From the NCBI GenBank assembly GCA_050290185.1, contig JBNKHE010000002.1, forward strand, positions 192,001 to 256,000: a DNA stretch of 64,000 bases, given 5' to 3'. Source of the DNA: Pontiella sp. (GTDB taxonomy: Bacteria > Verrucomicrobiota > Kiritimatiellia > Kiritimatiellales > Pontiellaceae). Shown piece after piece: positions 31,067 to 39,904 of this stretch. Numbering within the stretch: the stretch's first letter is position 1; each line of letters opens with the position of its first letter. Below the pieces are notes generated by a model that was not told where the DNA came from, searched no databases, and saw nothing but the letters and a program-made list of their open reading frames with translations. The position numbers and the translations under genes are program-made.

Positions 31067-32989
31067 TTACGCTTCCAGTGCCTCAGCGGTCTGTTCCCAA
31101 TCGGATTCCAGCTTTTGGATCTCCTTCTGGATCTGGGCAAGGCGGCTGTTGATGGCAGCAAAGTCGGCATCGCGGCGCGACATCATCTCCTCGGTGAGTG
31201 CGGTCTGTTCCGCGGTCAGCTTCTCGATCTGGTTTTCGATTTTCTTCAACGCCTTTTCGGCTTCGCGCTGCTGGGCGCGTGCCTTGCGCGCATCCTTGCC
31301 TTTCTCCACCGGCTTTGCCGGTTCGGACGACGGGGACGTCGTCCCTCCATCGCCCACACTCCCCTTCTCGCCCTCGCCCTCTTGCGCTGCGATCTTCTCC
31401 TGGTAATAGTCGTATCCGCCAGGATATCTCGTTACGCCGCTATCATCGATCGCGACGATATGCTCTGCAATCTCCCGAACGAAGGTGACGTCGTGGCTGA
31501 CGACGCACAGTGCGCCCTTGTAATGCTTCAGCGCTGTTTCAAGTGCTTCGCGGCCATTGACGTCGAGGTGCGTGGTCGGCTCGTCGAGCAGCAGGAAGTT
31601 GGGCGGATCGATAAAGAGGCGCGCGAAGGCGAGGCGGATTTTTTCGCCGCCGCTGAGCACTTCGCACTTTTTGTCGACCGAGTCGCCACTAAAACCGAAT
31701 CCGCCAAGCAGTTTGCGGACGTCCGATTCCGATGCGACGGGATTGCCTTCCTTGACAATGTGAAAGACCGACTTTTCCGGCGGCATGGTCTCTGCGAAAT
31801 CCTGCGACTGATAGCCGACCACCACCTTATGACCCAACACCCGCTTGCCGGCGCTCAGTTCCAACGCACCCGCCAGCGTCCGCAACAGCGTGGTTTTCCC
31901 CATTCCGTTGTAGCCGACCAACGCCACCTTTTCGCCGCGGTTGATGTTGAGATCCAATTCCTGAAAAATCCAGCGCTTACCATCGTAGGTCATCCCGCCC
32001 TTTTCGAGGCGAATGATTTCGTGGCCGGAATGCGGAGGATCGGCCAAACGGATTTTGGAGTTGTTCGCGACGGTGGAGGGTGCATCCAGCCGCTCGATTT
32101 TTTCGAGCTGCTTGATCCGGCTCTGCACCTGCGCGGCCTTCGTGCTTTTCGCCCGGAAACGACGGATAAAACTTTCGATCTGCTCGATCTCGCGGTCCTG
32201 GTTTTTCTTGGCGGCGAGTTGATGATGGATCCGATCTTCGCGTTCCTTCAAATAATAGTCGTAGCCGCCCTGATAGCGCGTGGCGTTGCCGCCCGCAATC
32301 TCAAGCGTTACGGTCGCTAGGGAACGCAGAAGATAGCGGTCGTGCGAAATGAGCAGCATTGTACCTTCATACGCCCGCAGAAACTTCTGCAGCCATTCCA
32401 CCGCCGGAAGGTCGAGAAAGTTGGACGGCTCGTCGAGCATCAGTAGATCGGGATTCGCGATAAGCGTGCGAGCCAGCTCGGCGCGCATCTGCCAACCGCC
32501 GGAAAACGATGCAAAAGGCTTGTCGAATTCCTCTACATGAAAACCCAGACCGCACAGCGCCGCTTCGGCGCGGGAGCGCATTTCGTAGCCCCCCAGATGC
32601 TCGAACGTATGCTGCAGTTCACCAATCCGTTTCAGCGCCCGTGCCTTTTCGGCCTCATCCATCGAACCCATTTTGTCTTCCAGTTCATGGATTTTTGCGG
32701 GGATGGTTTTCAGCTCGGGGATCGAATCTTCGGTGTATTCGAGCAGGTTCTGATTGACCGCATGCGGATTGAGCTGCTGATGCAGATAGCCGATCCGGCA
32801 GTGTTTCGGGATGACGATCTCGCCCTTATCGGCTTCGATATCATGGCCGATCAGCCCGAAAATGGTCGATTTGCCCGCCCCGTTGGGGCCGACAATGCCA
32901 ATACGCTCGCCCGCATTGATACGGAACGTCACCGACTTCAGCACATCCTGCGTGCCGAACTGCTTGCTCACCTGGATAAAATCAATCAT
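31067..32989 (-). CDS. ABC-F family ATP-binding protein
   Basis: Two NBDs (GPNGAGKST/FSGGW/LDEP; GYNGMGKTT/LSGGE/LDEPTTHLD), inter-ABC linker, C-terminal coiled coil, no TM. Confidence 0.95.
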   Translation of the reverse strand: MIDFIQVSKQFGTQDVLKSVTFRINAGERIGIVGPNGAGKSTIFGLIGHDIEADKGEIVIPKHCRIGYLHQQLNPHAVNQNLLEYTEDSIPELKTIPAKIHELEDKMGSMDEAEKARALKRIGELQHTFEHLGGYEMRSRAEAALCGLGFHVEEFDKPFASFSGGWQMRAELARTLIANPDLLMLDEPSNFLDLPAVEWLQKFLRAYEGTMLLISHDRYLLRSLATVTLEIAGGNATRYQGGYDYYLKEREDRIHHQLAAKKNQDREIEQIESFIRRFRAKSTKAAQVQSRIKQLEKIERLDAPSTVANNSKIRLADPPHSGHEIIRLEKGGMTYDGKRWIFQELDLNINRGEKVALVGYNGMGKTTLLRTLAGALELSAGKRVLGHKVVVGYQSQDFAETMPPEKSVFHIVKEGNPVASESDVRKLLGGFGFSGDSVDKKCEVLSGGEKIRLAFARLFIDPPNFLLLDEPTTHLDVNGREALETALKHYKGALCVVSHDVTFVREIAEHIVAIDDSGVTRYPGGYDYYQEKIAAQEGEGEKGSVGDGGTTSPSSEPAKPVEKGKDARKARAQQREAEKALKKIENQIEKLTAEQTALTEEMMSRRDADFAAINSRLAQIQKEIQKLESDWEQTAEALEA

Positions 32990-32991
32990 AC

Positions 32992-33055
32992 AAATCCCAA
33001 AGGATCAACAAGCTACCGAACCCCTCTCCCGGTTAGTAGCTTTGATTTGGGATTT
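32992..33055. repeat. Long imperfect hairpin abutting the ABC-F start codon
   Basis: AAATCCCAAA...TTTGGGATTT outer arms, AAGCTAC...GTAGCTT inner arms. Confidence 0.65.
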
Positions 33056-33090
33056 TTCGGCAGCGACCGTTACATGCACTATTGAAGCGC

Positions 33091-33834
33091 CTACAGCACG
33101 GACCCGGGACGGCGGTGGTGCAGGTGCCATAGCAGGCTGAAAAACGTGATGACGGATATGAGGATCAGGCTCCCGACCACCAGACCGCAACCGGGCCAGC
33201 GATGCAGACCTTCGGCGGTGGAAACATCTCCCGCGACGAGCATGCCAAGCGCAACGCCCCCGCCAATGGTCATCCATCCGGCGACTACCATCATGGGCCA
33301 ATGGTGCGTAACCGCCCGCCAGGTCCACTGGCGATGATAGAAGGCAACAAAGACAAGTGCCCCCAGACCAGCCACGGTACTGATGGTATTCAGAAGAAGG
33401 TAAAACGGCGGCCGCAGTCGCCCCATCGGGACACCTTGTCGAAGTTCTTCGACATGCTGCACCAGCCAGCCATAGTCATGCGTGAACGAATCCCACATTA
33501 CATGCAGCAACGAACCAATAAGAATCTCGCAGCAAACGATGAGAAAGCGGGAAAGCGGCCAGAAATGAAAGGGCTTGTAATGCTCGGTATTTCCGCCCGC
33601 CATCGCAAGCAGCGGCCGTTTCCAGATGGCATGGAAGACCCAGAGCGCCACCAAACCGACGGGAATACAGAAAGCAAAAAGACCCGGCGCGGTATGGCTG
33701 AAATCGGTTCGCGGCGACAAGTGCAGGAAATATTCAAAGTCGGGGGCCAGGCTTCCGATCACCAAAGCAGAGATCGGCAACCGGCTGTGCCGGAATAGCA
33801 AAACCAGCGCTGGATGTGCAATCGTCAACGGCAT
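33091..33834 (-). CDS. DUF4184 family membrane protein
   Basis: MPLTIAHPALVL, LVIGSLAPDFEYF, SH, LHVMWDSFTH motifs. Confidence 0.85.
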   Translation of the reverse strand: MPLTIAHPALVLLFRHSRLPISALVIGSLAPDFEYFLHLSPRTDFSHTAPGLFAFCIPVGLVALWVFHAIWKRPLLAMAGGNTEHYKPFHFWPLSRFLIVCCEILIGSLLHVMWDSFTHDYGWLVQHVEELRQGVPMGRLRPPFYLLLNTISTVAGLGALVFVAFYHRQWTWRAVTHHWPMMVVAGWMTIGGGVALGMLVAGDVSTAEGLHRWPGCGLVVGSLILISVITFFSLLWHLHHRRPGSVL

Positions 33835-33925
33835 GATCGTCAGTTCCTTGTGAACGATTCCCGTTTCTTTTACCACAAAGGCCGGAAGACAACAATCCGC
33901 CGACACCGCCTTTGCGTTGATGTCC

Positions 33926-34672
33926 TCAGCCGTGTGGATGGGCGTGCCGCAGGATGTGCGGGCGCTCCAAACCGTGGGCGAGCATGAGCGCTTCGTCGTT
34001 GAGAATGTCCAGCATAGGGCCGTCGGCGACGATCTTTCCTTCATCCAGCACGATAACGCGGGAACAAACCTCGACCGCCAGTTCCAGATCGTGCGTGGCG
34101 ATGATCCGCGTATGCTCGAACGAGCGCAGCAACTCGATCAACCGGCGGCGGGCACGCGGATCGAGGTTGGACGAGGGTTCGTCCATCACCAGAATATCCG
34201 GTTCCATGGCGAGGACGGTGGCGATGGCGACGGCCCGTTTTTCACCGGAAGAAAGTCGGTAGGGAGGTCGCTCCCGCAGATGGCTTGCACCCACCCGTTT
34301 CAGGGCAGAATCAACCCGTTCATCAATTTGCTCCGGCGACAACCCGGCGTTCAGCGGACCGAAGGCGACATCCTCGGCGACTGTCGGCATGAACAGCTGG
34401 TCGTCGGAATCCTGGAACACCATGCCGACCGCGCGCCGAACAACCTTGGCGGTTTTGCGCGTCACGGAGGTGATGTCGATACGGACTTCGCCGGTCCTGG
34501 TCGTTAGATAGCCGTTGAGGTGGTGCAGCAAGGTTGATTTTCCGGCCCCGTTGGCACCGACCAGCGCCACGGCGGATCCACGTTCGATACAAAATGAAAT
34601 CCCATTGAGCGCAACCGTGCCGTCGGGATAGCTGTAATGGAGTTCGCGAATTTCCAAAGCGGGATTGTTCAT
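33926..34672 (-). CDS. cbiO: ECF transporter ATPase (CbiO/NikO)
   Basis: GANGAGKST, VFQDSDDQLF, EDVAFGP, MDEPSSNLDP; His-rich tail HAHPHG. Confidence 0.9.
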   Translation of the reverse strand: MNNPALEIRELHYSYPDGTVALNGISFCIERGSAVALVGANGAGKSTLLHHLNGYLTTRTGEVRIDITSVTRKTAKVVRRAVGMVFQDSDDQLFMPTVAEDVAFGPLNAGLSPEQIDERVDSALKRVGASHLRERPPYRLSSGEKRAVAIATVLAMEPDILVMDEPSSNLDPRARRRLIELLRSFEHTRIIATHDLELAVEVCSRVIVLDEGKIVADGPMLDILNDEALMLAHGLERPHILRHAHPHG

Positions 34673-35475
34673 CGAATCGCCTCCGTCATCAGATGGCCCA
34701 GGACATCGGCGAGATTCCAGATCCGGGCGGCAATAAGATAGGCCAGCGAGCCGATCACGAATGCCGCATCCTGCCAGCGCAACGCCGCCGGATTCAGCAG
34801 GCGGACCTCCCCGTCAAAACCTCGCGCGACCATGGCGCGATAGACGCGGTCGGCACGATCCATCGATCGCAGCAGCATTTGGCCCACCAGCGAACCGTAT
34901 ACACGAAGCCGCAATGAAGCCGCACCATTGGTCCGTAACGCAATGCCGCGCATGATCCGCACGGCTTCGTCGGACACGACAAACAGGTAGCGGTAAAGGA
35001 AAAGTAGTTGCATCACGAAGACACGCGGAACGCCGAGCTGTTCCAATCCGGCGCCGAGACGATGCATACCCGTGCAGGCCACCAGCACCAGCGCCGCCCC
35101 GACCGTCAGGACGAAACGGAACAGGATCGAAGCGAACGAAACCCACCCGCCGGTCAGAACCACCGGCCCAAGAGAGCCGACTGGATGATGGTCTAGCAAA
35201 GGATTCACCAGCCCAATGACCACGGCGAACGGGGCTGCGACAAGCATCTTCTTCAGAATATGGCGCGCCGGAATGCGGCCAAACTCAGCGAGCAATACCG
35301 GATAAAGCAGAAAGGGAACGAGCGCGGATATTTCATAACGGGAAAACGACATGACCAGCCCGATGAATACCAGCGTGACCAGTATCTTGGCGCGGGCATC
35401 GAGACGATGGACCGGGGTATCCATCCGCCCCAGCTCATCCATCCGTCCGACTTCAATCCAATCCGCCATGCACAT
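34669..35475 (-). CDS. cbiQ: ECF transporter T component (CbiQ/NikQ)
   Basis: VHRLDARAKI, YRYLFV, RSMDRADRVYRAMVARGF. Confidence 0.9.
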   Translation of the reverse strand: MCMADWIEVGRMDELGRMDTPVHRLDARAKILVTLVFIGLVMSFSRYEISALVPFLLYPVLLAEFGRIPARHILKKMLVAAPFAVVIGLVNPLLDHHPVGSLGPVVLTGGWVSFASILFRFVLTVGAALVLVACTGMHRLGAGLEQLGVPRVFVMQLLFLYRYLFVVSDEAVRIMRGIALRTNGAASLRLRVYGSLVGQMLLRSMDRADRVYRAMVARGFDGEVRLLNPAALRWQDAAFVIGSLAYLIAARIWNLADVLGHLMTEAIR

Positions 35476-35485
35476 CCGATTTCCT

Positions 35486-36508
35486 CTACTCTATCCGCCC
35501 GGCCGGACGTAGCTTAAGCGCAAAACCCGTCAGTAAAACCAGCCCCAGCGTCAGCGATCCCCCAACAAGGCCCGACACGGAGGTTCCGGCGTTCACCGCA
35601 GGCCACGACTCTCCGGAATCATTTTCGGCTTCTGCCGTCTTGAAACCATAGTCCGGCAGGAACGCGGTTTTTTCCTGAAGACCGGCGAGATCCTTGTGGA
35701 TGCCCATATCGTCGCCGGAAACTTCTTCCTGTCCGGTTACCTTGGCGATGGACCATTCGAGCCCGTCGGGGTGCGTGGAGGCAAACCAGCTCACCGCACC
35801 GCCAACGATCGCCGCCACGATCGCCAGACCGACTAGTACCGACCGTACACGGACCGTCATTCCAGCCGCCACCTCCTGCTGCAGGATTTCCGGTCGCGCC
35901 CGGGCAACAAACGCAACCACAGTCGCCGTGGCCAACCCTTCCACCACGCCGATCGCCAGATGGATCGGCAACATCATGAGCGCGAACGTACCGAACGGAA
36001 GCTCGGAAATGCCGGACGCCGTGGTTTCGAGCACCACGCACAACGCGCCGAGCAGCAATCCAACCACGGCCGCCACGGCCGATGCCATCCAGGCCCGGGA
36101 TGTACCATGCCGCCCCTTTACCATCACCCGATAGAGCGGATACGCCACGAATACCGAGAGGAATCCCATATTGAAAATATTGCAACCCAGCGCCAGCAGG
36201 CCGCCGTCCGCAAAGAAGAAGGATTGGATGGTCAACACCGAAGCAATGACGAGAAAGGCCGCATAGGGACCGAGCAGAATCGCCAGCATCAGCCCGCCGA
36301 CGAGATGCCCGCTGGATCCCGTACCCGGAATCGAGAAGTTGATCATTTGTGCCGCGAAAATGAACGCCCCCATCACCCCCATCAGGGGCACGAGATGGTC
36401 CAGCATGGCCTGCTTCAGCTTGCGGGCGCAGAAAGCGATCAATCCGCCCGACACCGCCCACAGCGTCCCGCCCACAGCGGGGGAAATCAATGCGTCTGCC
36501 ATATGCAT
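35486..36508 (-). CDS. ECF substrate component Nik(MN)/Cbi(MN) fusion with PDGLE domain
   Basis: Metal-binding N-terminus MHMADAL, FAAQMINF, GSSGH, FADGGLLALG, ASTHPDGLE. Confidence 0.92.
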   Translation of the reverse strand: MHMADALISPAVGGTLWAVSGGLIAFCARKLKQAMLDHLVPLMGVMGAFIFAAQMINFSIPGTGSSGHLVGGLMLAILLGPYAAFLVIASVLTIQSFFFADGGLLALGCNIFNMGFLSVFVAYPLYRVMVKGRHGTSRAWMASAVAAVVGLLLGALCVVLETTASGISELPFGTFALMMLPIHLAIGVVEGLATATVVAFVARARPEILQQEVAAGMTVRVRSVLVGLAIVAAIVGGAVSWFASTHPDGLEWSIAKVTGQEEVSGDDMGIHKDLAGLQEKTAFLPDYGFKTAEAENDSGESWPAVNAGTSVSGLVGGSLTLGLVLLTGFALKLRPAGRIE

Positions 36509-36524
36509 GGTGCGATCCTCCTGT

Positions 36525-37289
36525 TTAGATTTCTGCCCCGAATGCCCACGTCAGTCCCGCCGTAGCCGTGATATCCGGCGCATCGCCGCAGATCTTCGTG
36601 CCCGCAGCCATATCCAGCGTCAAGGTTTCAATTGGACTCCACCGCAACCCTGTATTGCAGGCGGCTACGCTCTCGGCATCACTTGCACGTTCGTCTTCCG
36701 CAAACACCTCGCCGACCCACTGAACCGACGCTACGAGCTGATAATCAAGTGCCATGCCACCATGGACAACATCATGGTCCGGGCCGCCAACCCAGTTGTA
36801 GCCCAGATTGAGATGAGCGCCGAACCTTTCGCTTATCTTCCGGGAAACCACCCATGTCAGATCGTAATCTGTTTCTTCACTACCAAAACCTCTGTCTTTA
36901 TCCGCTGTTGGGACTTTCACGCCGGGAACAAGCGCATGCTGCGCTCCCAACGGGCATGATTCCAAAAACAACCATTTTGCACCCATTTCCAGATCACCGA
37001 TGCCGCTCTCGTGCATGGTACCCGCAAACTCTTTTCGGCGTTCCATTTGACCGCAGAAGGCAAAACCAACTTCGACATTCCTAACCAAGCCATAGGTGAG
37101 TCCGAACGGAAGTTCCCAATGTGTCGTTCCAGGATCCCGTTCATAGGCAAGCCCGGCTTCGAATTCGAACATTCCTTTTTCCACCGGATCCGCATCATCG
37201 ATTGCTAATGGCCTGCCCGCCCTTGAACTGGACACCACGCATAACACCACTGCAAAAACAACCGCTCGCAAGACTCTTACATTACCCAT
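36525..37289 (-). CDS. Outer-membrane beta-barrel transporter (Phenol_MetA_deg/SphA-like)
   Basis: Signal peptide, then GRPLAIDDAD; GIGDLEMGAKW, VKVPTAD, alternating beta strands, TAGLTWAF near the end. Confidence 0.7.
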   Translation of the reverse strand: MGNVRVLRAVVFAVVLCVVSSSRAGRPLAIDDADPVEKGMFEFEAGLAYERDPGTTHWELPFGLTYGLVRNVEVGFAFCGQMERRKEFAGTMHESGIGDLEMGAKWLFLESCPLGAQHALVPGVKVPTADKDRGFGSEETDYDLTWVVSRKISERFGAHLNLGYNWVGGPDHDVVHGGMALDYQLVASVQWVGEVFAEDERASDAESVAACNTGLRWSPIETLTLDMAAGTKICGDAPDITATAGLTWAFGAEI

Positions 37290-37338
37290 CACCCATCTCC
37301 TCCCACGCCACCGCCTGCGGAGTCGCGCCCCATCGCGA

Positions 37339-37365
37339 GTAACACCTATCAGAAATACGTAACAC
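37339..37365 (-). promoter_or_regulatory. NikR operator, direct repeat GTGTTAC-N13-GTGTTAC
   Basis: Plus strand GTAACAC-CTATCAGAAATAC-GTAACAC between nikR and the transporter operon. Confidence 0.75.
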
Positions 37366-37422
37366 GATTCGAGCAAATATGCCGATTTATTCCATAGGTT
37401 CGATGGGATTTGATGACTGGAC

Positions 37423-37836
37423 TCAGGAAAGCCGCCGCCCCGTCGTGGCCGCCGTCAGAGAAACATGCTTCAACCCTTTCACGGCCTTGAGGCACTTGAC
37501 CAATGCCTTTACGGTTTCGGGCCGGCCGCGCACGATGATGGTTTCGAGGCAGTTGTCGTGGTCGAGATGGATGTGCTGCGATGACAGGATGGTTTCGTGG
37601 TAGTCGTGCTGGATAGCCGTCAGCTTCCGCGACAAGTCGGGCTTGTGGTGATCGAACACCAGCACGATCGATCCGGCAATCTCCTCGCCCGTGGCCCATT
37701 CCGTCTGGATCAGGCTCGCCCGGATCAAATCACCGACTGCCTTTGACCGCGTCGGACAGCCGTCTTCCTGGATCTTCTCGTCAAACTGCCGAACCAGATC
37801 TTCATCAAGCGATATACTGAATCGTGTCAAAGCCAT
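37423..37836 (-). CDS. nikR: Nickel-responsive regulator NikR
   Basis: RHH N-terminus RFSISL..RSKAVGDLIR; DHH, QH, HIHLDHDNCLE nickel ligands. Confidence 0.96.
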   Translation of the reverse strand: MALTRFSISLDEDLVRQFDEKIQEDGCPTRSKAVGDLIRASLIQTEWATGEEIAGSIVLVFDHHKPDLSRKLTAIQHDYHETILSSQHIHLDHDNCLETIIVRGRPETVKALVKCLKAVKGLKHVSLTAATTGRRLS

Positions 37837-37959
37837 GTTTCTTCCCTCGGAAAACGGAAGCCTGTGTAGCATGTCCACAAAGCAAATGGCAATGGCCGGT
37901 CTGTTTGAAATCCGGAAAATAATTCCGCAAATATACTTCCTCTGGCAACGGGCGGAATG

Positions 37960-37994
37960 AAAAAAGACCGGCCTGCCAAAGCAGACCGGTCTTT
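37960..37994 (-). terminator. Rho-independent terminator after tRNA-Gly
   Basis: Minus strand AAAGACCGGTCTGC-TTTG-GCAGGCCGGTC-TTTTTT. Confidence 0.8.
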
Positions 37995-37997
37995 AAA

Positions 37998-38072
37998 TGG
38001 AGCGAGCGAAGAGATTCGAACTCTCGACATTCACCTTGGCAAGGTGAAGCTCTACCACTGAGCTACGCTCGC
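37998..38072 (-). tRNA. tRNA-Gly(GCC)
   Basis: GCGAGCGTAGCTCAGTGGTAGAGC-TTCACC-TTGCCAA-GGTGAA..GTTCGAATC..CGCTCGCTCCA. Confidence 0.97.
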
Positions 38073-38099
38073 TTAAAATCGTTTGTTTCACGCCATAAA

Positions 38100-38192
<93 letters not shown>

Positions 38193-38212
38193 TAAAGTGG
38201 AACGAGTCGGGA

Positions 38213-38241
38213 AAGCTACACACTCGTTCCGGGGAAATCAA
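38213..38241 (-). promoter_or_regulatory. Sigma70-type promoter of the tRNA-Ser/Gly operon
   Basis: TTGATT-N17-TAGCTT on the minus strand, about 20 bp upstream of tRNA-Ser. Confidence 0.5.
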
Positions 38242-38303
38242 CCGGGTTTTTCGTCCAATTTTCCGAACGAACAATCAAGTACCGATCCGGTCCGGATTGA
38301 CGC

Positions 38304-38330
38304 TTGACGAATCCCGGCCATTGCTATTTT
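38304..38330 (+). promoter_or_regulatory. Candidate promoter of the RAPP-leader/metal uptake operon
   Basis: TTGACG, then extended -10 TGC-TATTTT, ending about 10 bp before GTG 38340; spacing is short (15 bp). Confidence 0.4.
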
Positions 38331-38339
38331 CTATGCCGC

Positions 38340-38621
38340 GTGAAACCGAGACGAACCATTGTGGCATTGCTCTACCTTCTGATGATGGCAGTGCTTCCAT
38401 ATGCGCACCTCGCCTCCCATGCGCACGAGCATGGCCAAAGCGCGCACGACTCCTGCGCACTTTGCCACCTGCTGACGCTACCTGCCCACACGAGCGAGAC
38501 CGATGTTTCGGTAGAGTCGGCACTCCTTTTAACCGACGTAGTTTCAATATCGGTTCCAAAACCCGATCGCTTCCAACCGCTTCCCCACCAGGCCCGCGCC
38601 CCTCCGTTCATGACTGCCTAG
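38340..38621 (+). CDS. DUF2946/CruR-like leader peptide (TM, His-rich, CxxC, C-terminal RAPP arrest motif)
   Basis: GTG start: MKPRR-TIVALLYLLMMAVLPY-AHLASHAHEHGQSAHDS-CALC-H...PLPHQA-RAPP-FMTA*; 66 bp upstream of a metal uptake operon. Confidence 0.8.
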   Translation: MKPRRTIVALLYLLMMAVLPYAHLASHAHEHGQSAHDSCALCHLLTLPAHTSETDVSVESALLLTDVVSISVPKPDRFQPLPHQARAPPFMTA

Positions 38622-38687
38622 CTTCATCACGAAATGTCCCCGACGGGGACCTGCAGTCATTTGAATATATCAACGGAGATTTTTATA

Positions 38688-39896
38688 ATGAAACAATTCA
38701 TTGTGCCCGCGCTGGTTGCGTCGGGCCTGCTTGCGCACACCTATGCGGACGACGCATCGCTAAAGGCGTTCAATCCCGCCGTATCGGTAATCGTCGACGG
38801 CATGTACTACCACGAGAATTCCGAAGAGGGGATGGGCCACCTCAAGGAGGAAATATCCGGTTTTGGCCACGCCCATGCCGGAGAAGAACACGACCATGAG
38901 CACGGCATGGAGAACGGGTTCAACCTACGCCATCTCGAAATCCAGTTTTCGGCGGAGGTCGACAGCTACTTCAAGGCCTCGGCCATCGCCGCCATTTCGG
39001 AAGAGGGCGCCGAAATGGAAACCGCCGAAATCCAGACCACCGGCCTGCCCTGGGGACTCCAGGCCAGGGCCGGCAAGTTTTTCAGCGACTTCGGCTACAT
39101 CAATGCCCAGCATACCCACCAATGGGACTTTGCCGACCGGCCACTGATCTACGAGCTGGCACTGGGCGATCACGGACTGAACGACAAGGGAGTCCAGCTT
39201 TCCTGGCTGGCCCCCACCCCGGTCTACCTGCTGGTGGGCGTGGAAGCGTTCCAAGGCGATAACGAAAAGATGTATGTCCAGCAGGAGGCGGACGAATTAC
39301 CGGTCAACGACGGGCCGCGACTCGGCGTCGGCTGGATCAAGATCGCCCCGCTGCAGTCCGACAACCACGCGCTGCAACTGGGACTGTTCGGCGCTTCGGG
39401 CAGCCATCAGGAAATCCACGAAGAAGTCGCATCGACCAACTTCTACGACGGCGTCAACTGGTTCTGCGGCGGCGACGTGGTCTACAAGTACGATTCCGCC
39501 CGCGCCTACGGGCAGGGCGATGCGACGTTGCAGGCGGAATATTTCCTCCGCAACACCGACCTCGACCTGCAGGGAGCCGGCGGCCAGCTGGAGGCGGAGC
39601 AGGACGGATACTACGTCCAGGGCACCTATGGGTTCCTCCCCCGTTGGCGCGGCGGACTGCGCTGGGAGCAGGTTGGGTTAATCAACGAATCACAGGAACC
39701 CGGCGAGGTCAGGGAGGAGTTTGGCGAAAGCTGGCGCACCAGTGCGATGGTCGATTTCAGCCCGTCGGAGTTCTCGCGCATCCGCTTCCAAGTCAACAAC
39801 GGCGATTATGAAACGGCAGAAGGCACCCAGAACGTTTGGGAGGCCTTTGTTCAGCTCACCGTTTCGCTCGGCGCGCACGGCGCACACAAGTTCTAG
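38688..39896 (+). CDS. His-rich outer-membrane beta-barrel (putative metal porin)
   Basis: Signal peptide, FNPAVSVIVDG, GHAHAGEEHDHEHG, NAQHTHQWDF, PSEFSRIRFQ, C-terminus LGAHGAHKF; about 400 aa, too short for a TonB-dependent receptor. Confidence 0.8.
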   Translation: MKQFIVPALVASGLLAHTYADDASLKAFNPAVSVIVDGMYYHENSEEGMGHLKEEISGFGHAHAGEEHDHEHGMENGFNLRHLEIQFSAEVDSYFKASAIAAISEEGAEMETAEIQTTGLPWGLQARAGKFFSDFGYINAQHTHQWDFADRPLIYELALGDHGLNDKGVQLSWLAPTPVYLLVGVEAFQGDNEKMYVQQEADELPVNDGPRLGVGWIKIAPLQSDNHALQLGLFGASGSHQEIHEEVASTNFYDGVNWFCGGDVVYKYDSARAYGQGDATLQAEYFLRNTDLDLQGAGGQLEAEQDGYYVQGTYGFLPRWRGGLRWEQVGLINESQEPGEVREEFGESWRTSAMVDFSPSEFSRIRFQVNNGDYETAEGTQNVWEAFVQLTVSLGAHGAHKF

Positions 39897-39904
39897 GAGA
39901 CCCC

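Noticed and set aside
37290..37420. Cobalamin riboswitch ahead of the cbiMQO-like operon
   Set aside because: The region is too short and lacks the B12 box; the NikR repeat explains regulation and favours nickel.
37866..37892. Second NikR site upstream of nikR
   Set aside because: Only one degenerate half-site (GTAGCAT); the partner at N13 spacing does not match.
38084..38099. parS half-site TGTTTCACG between the tRNAs
   Set aside because: The second half does not match; not palindromic.
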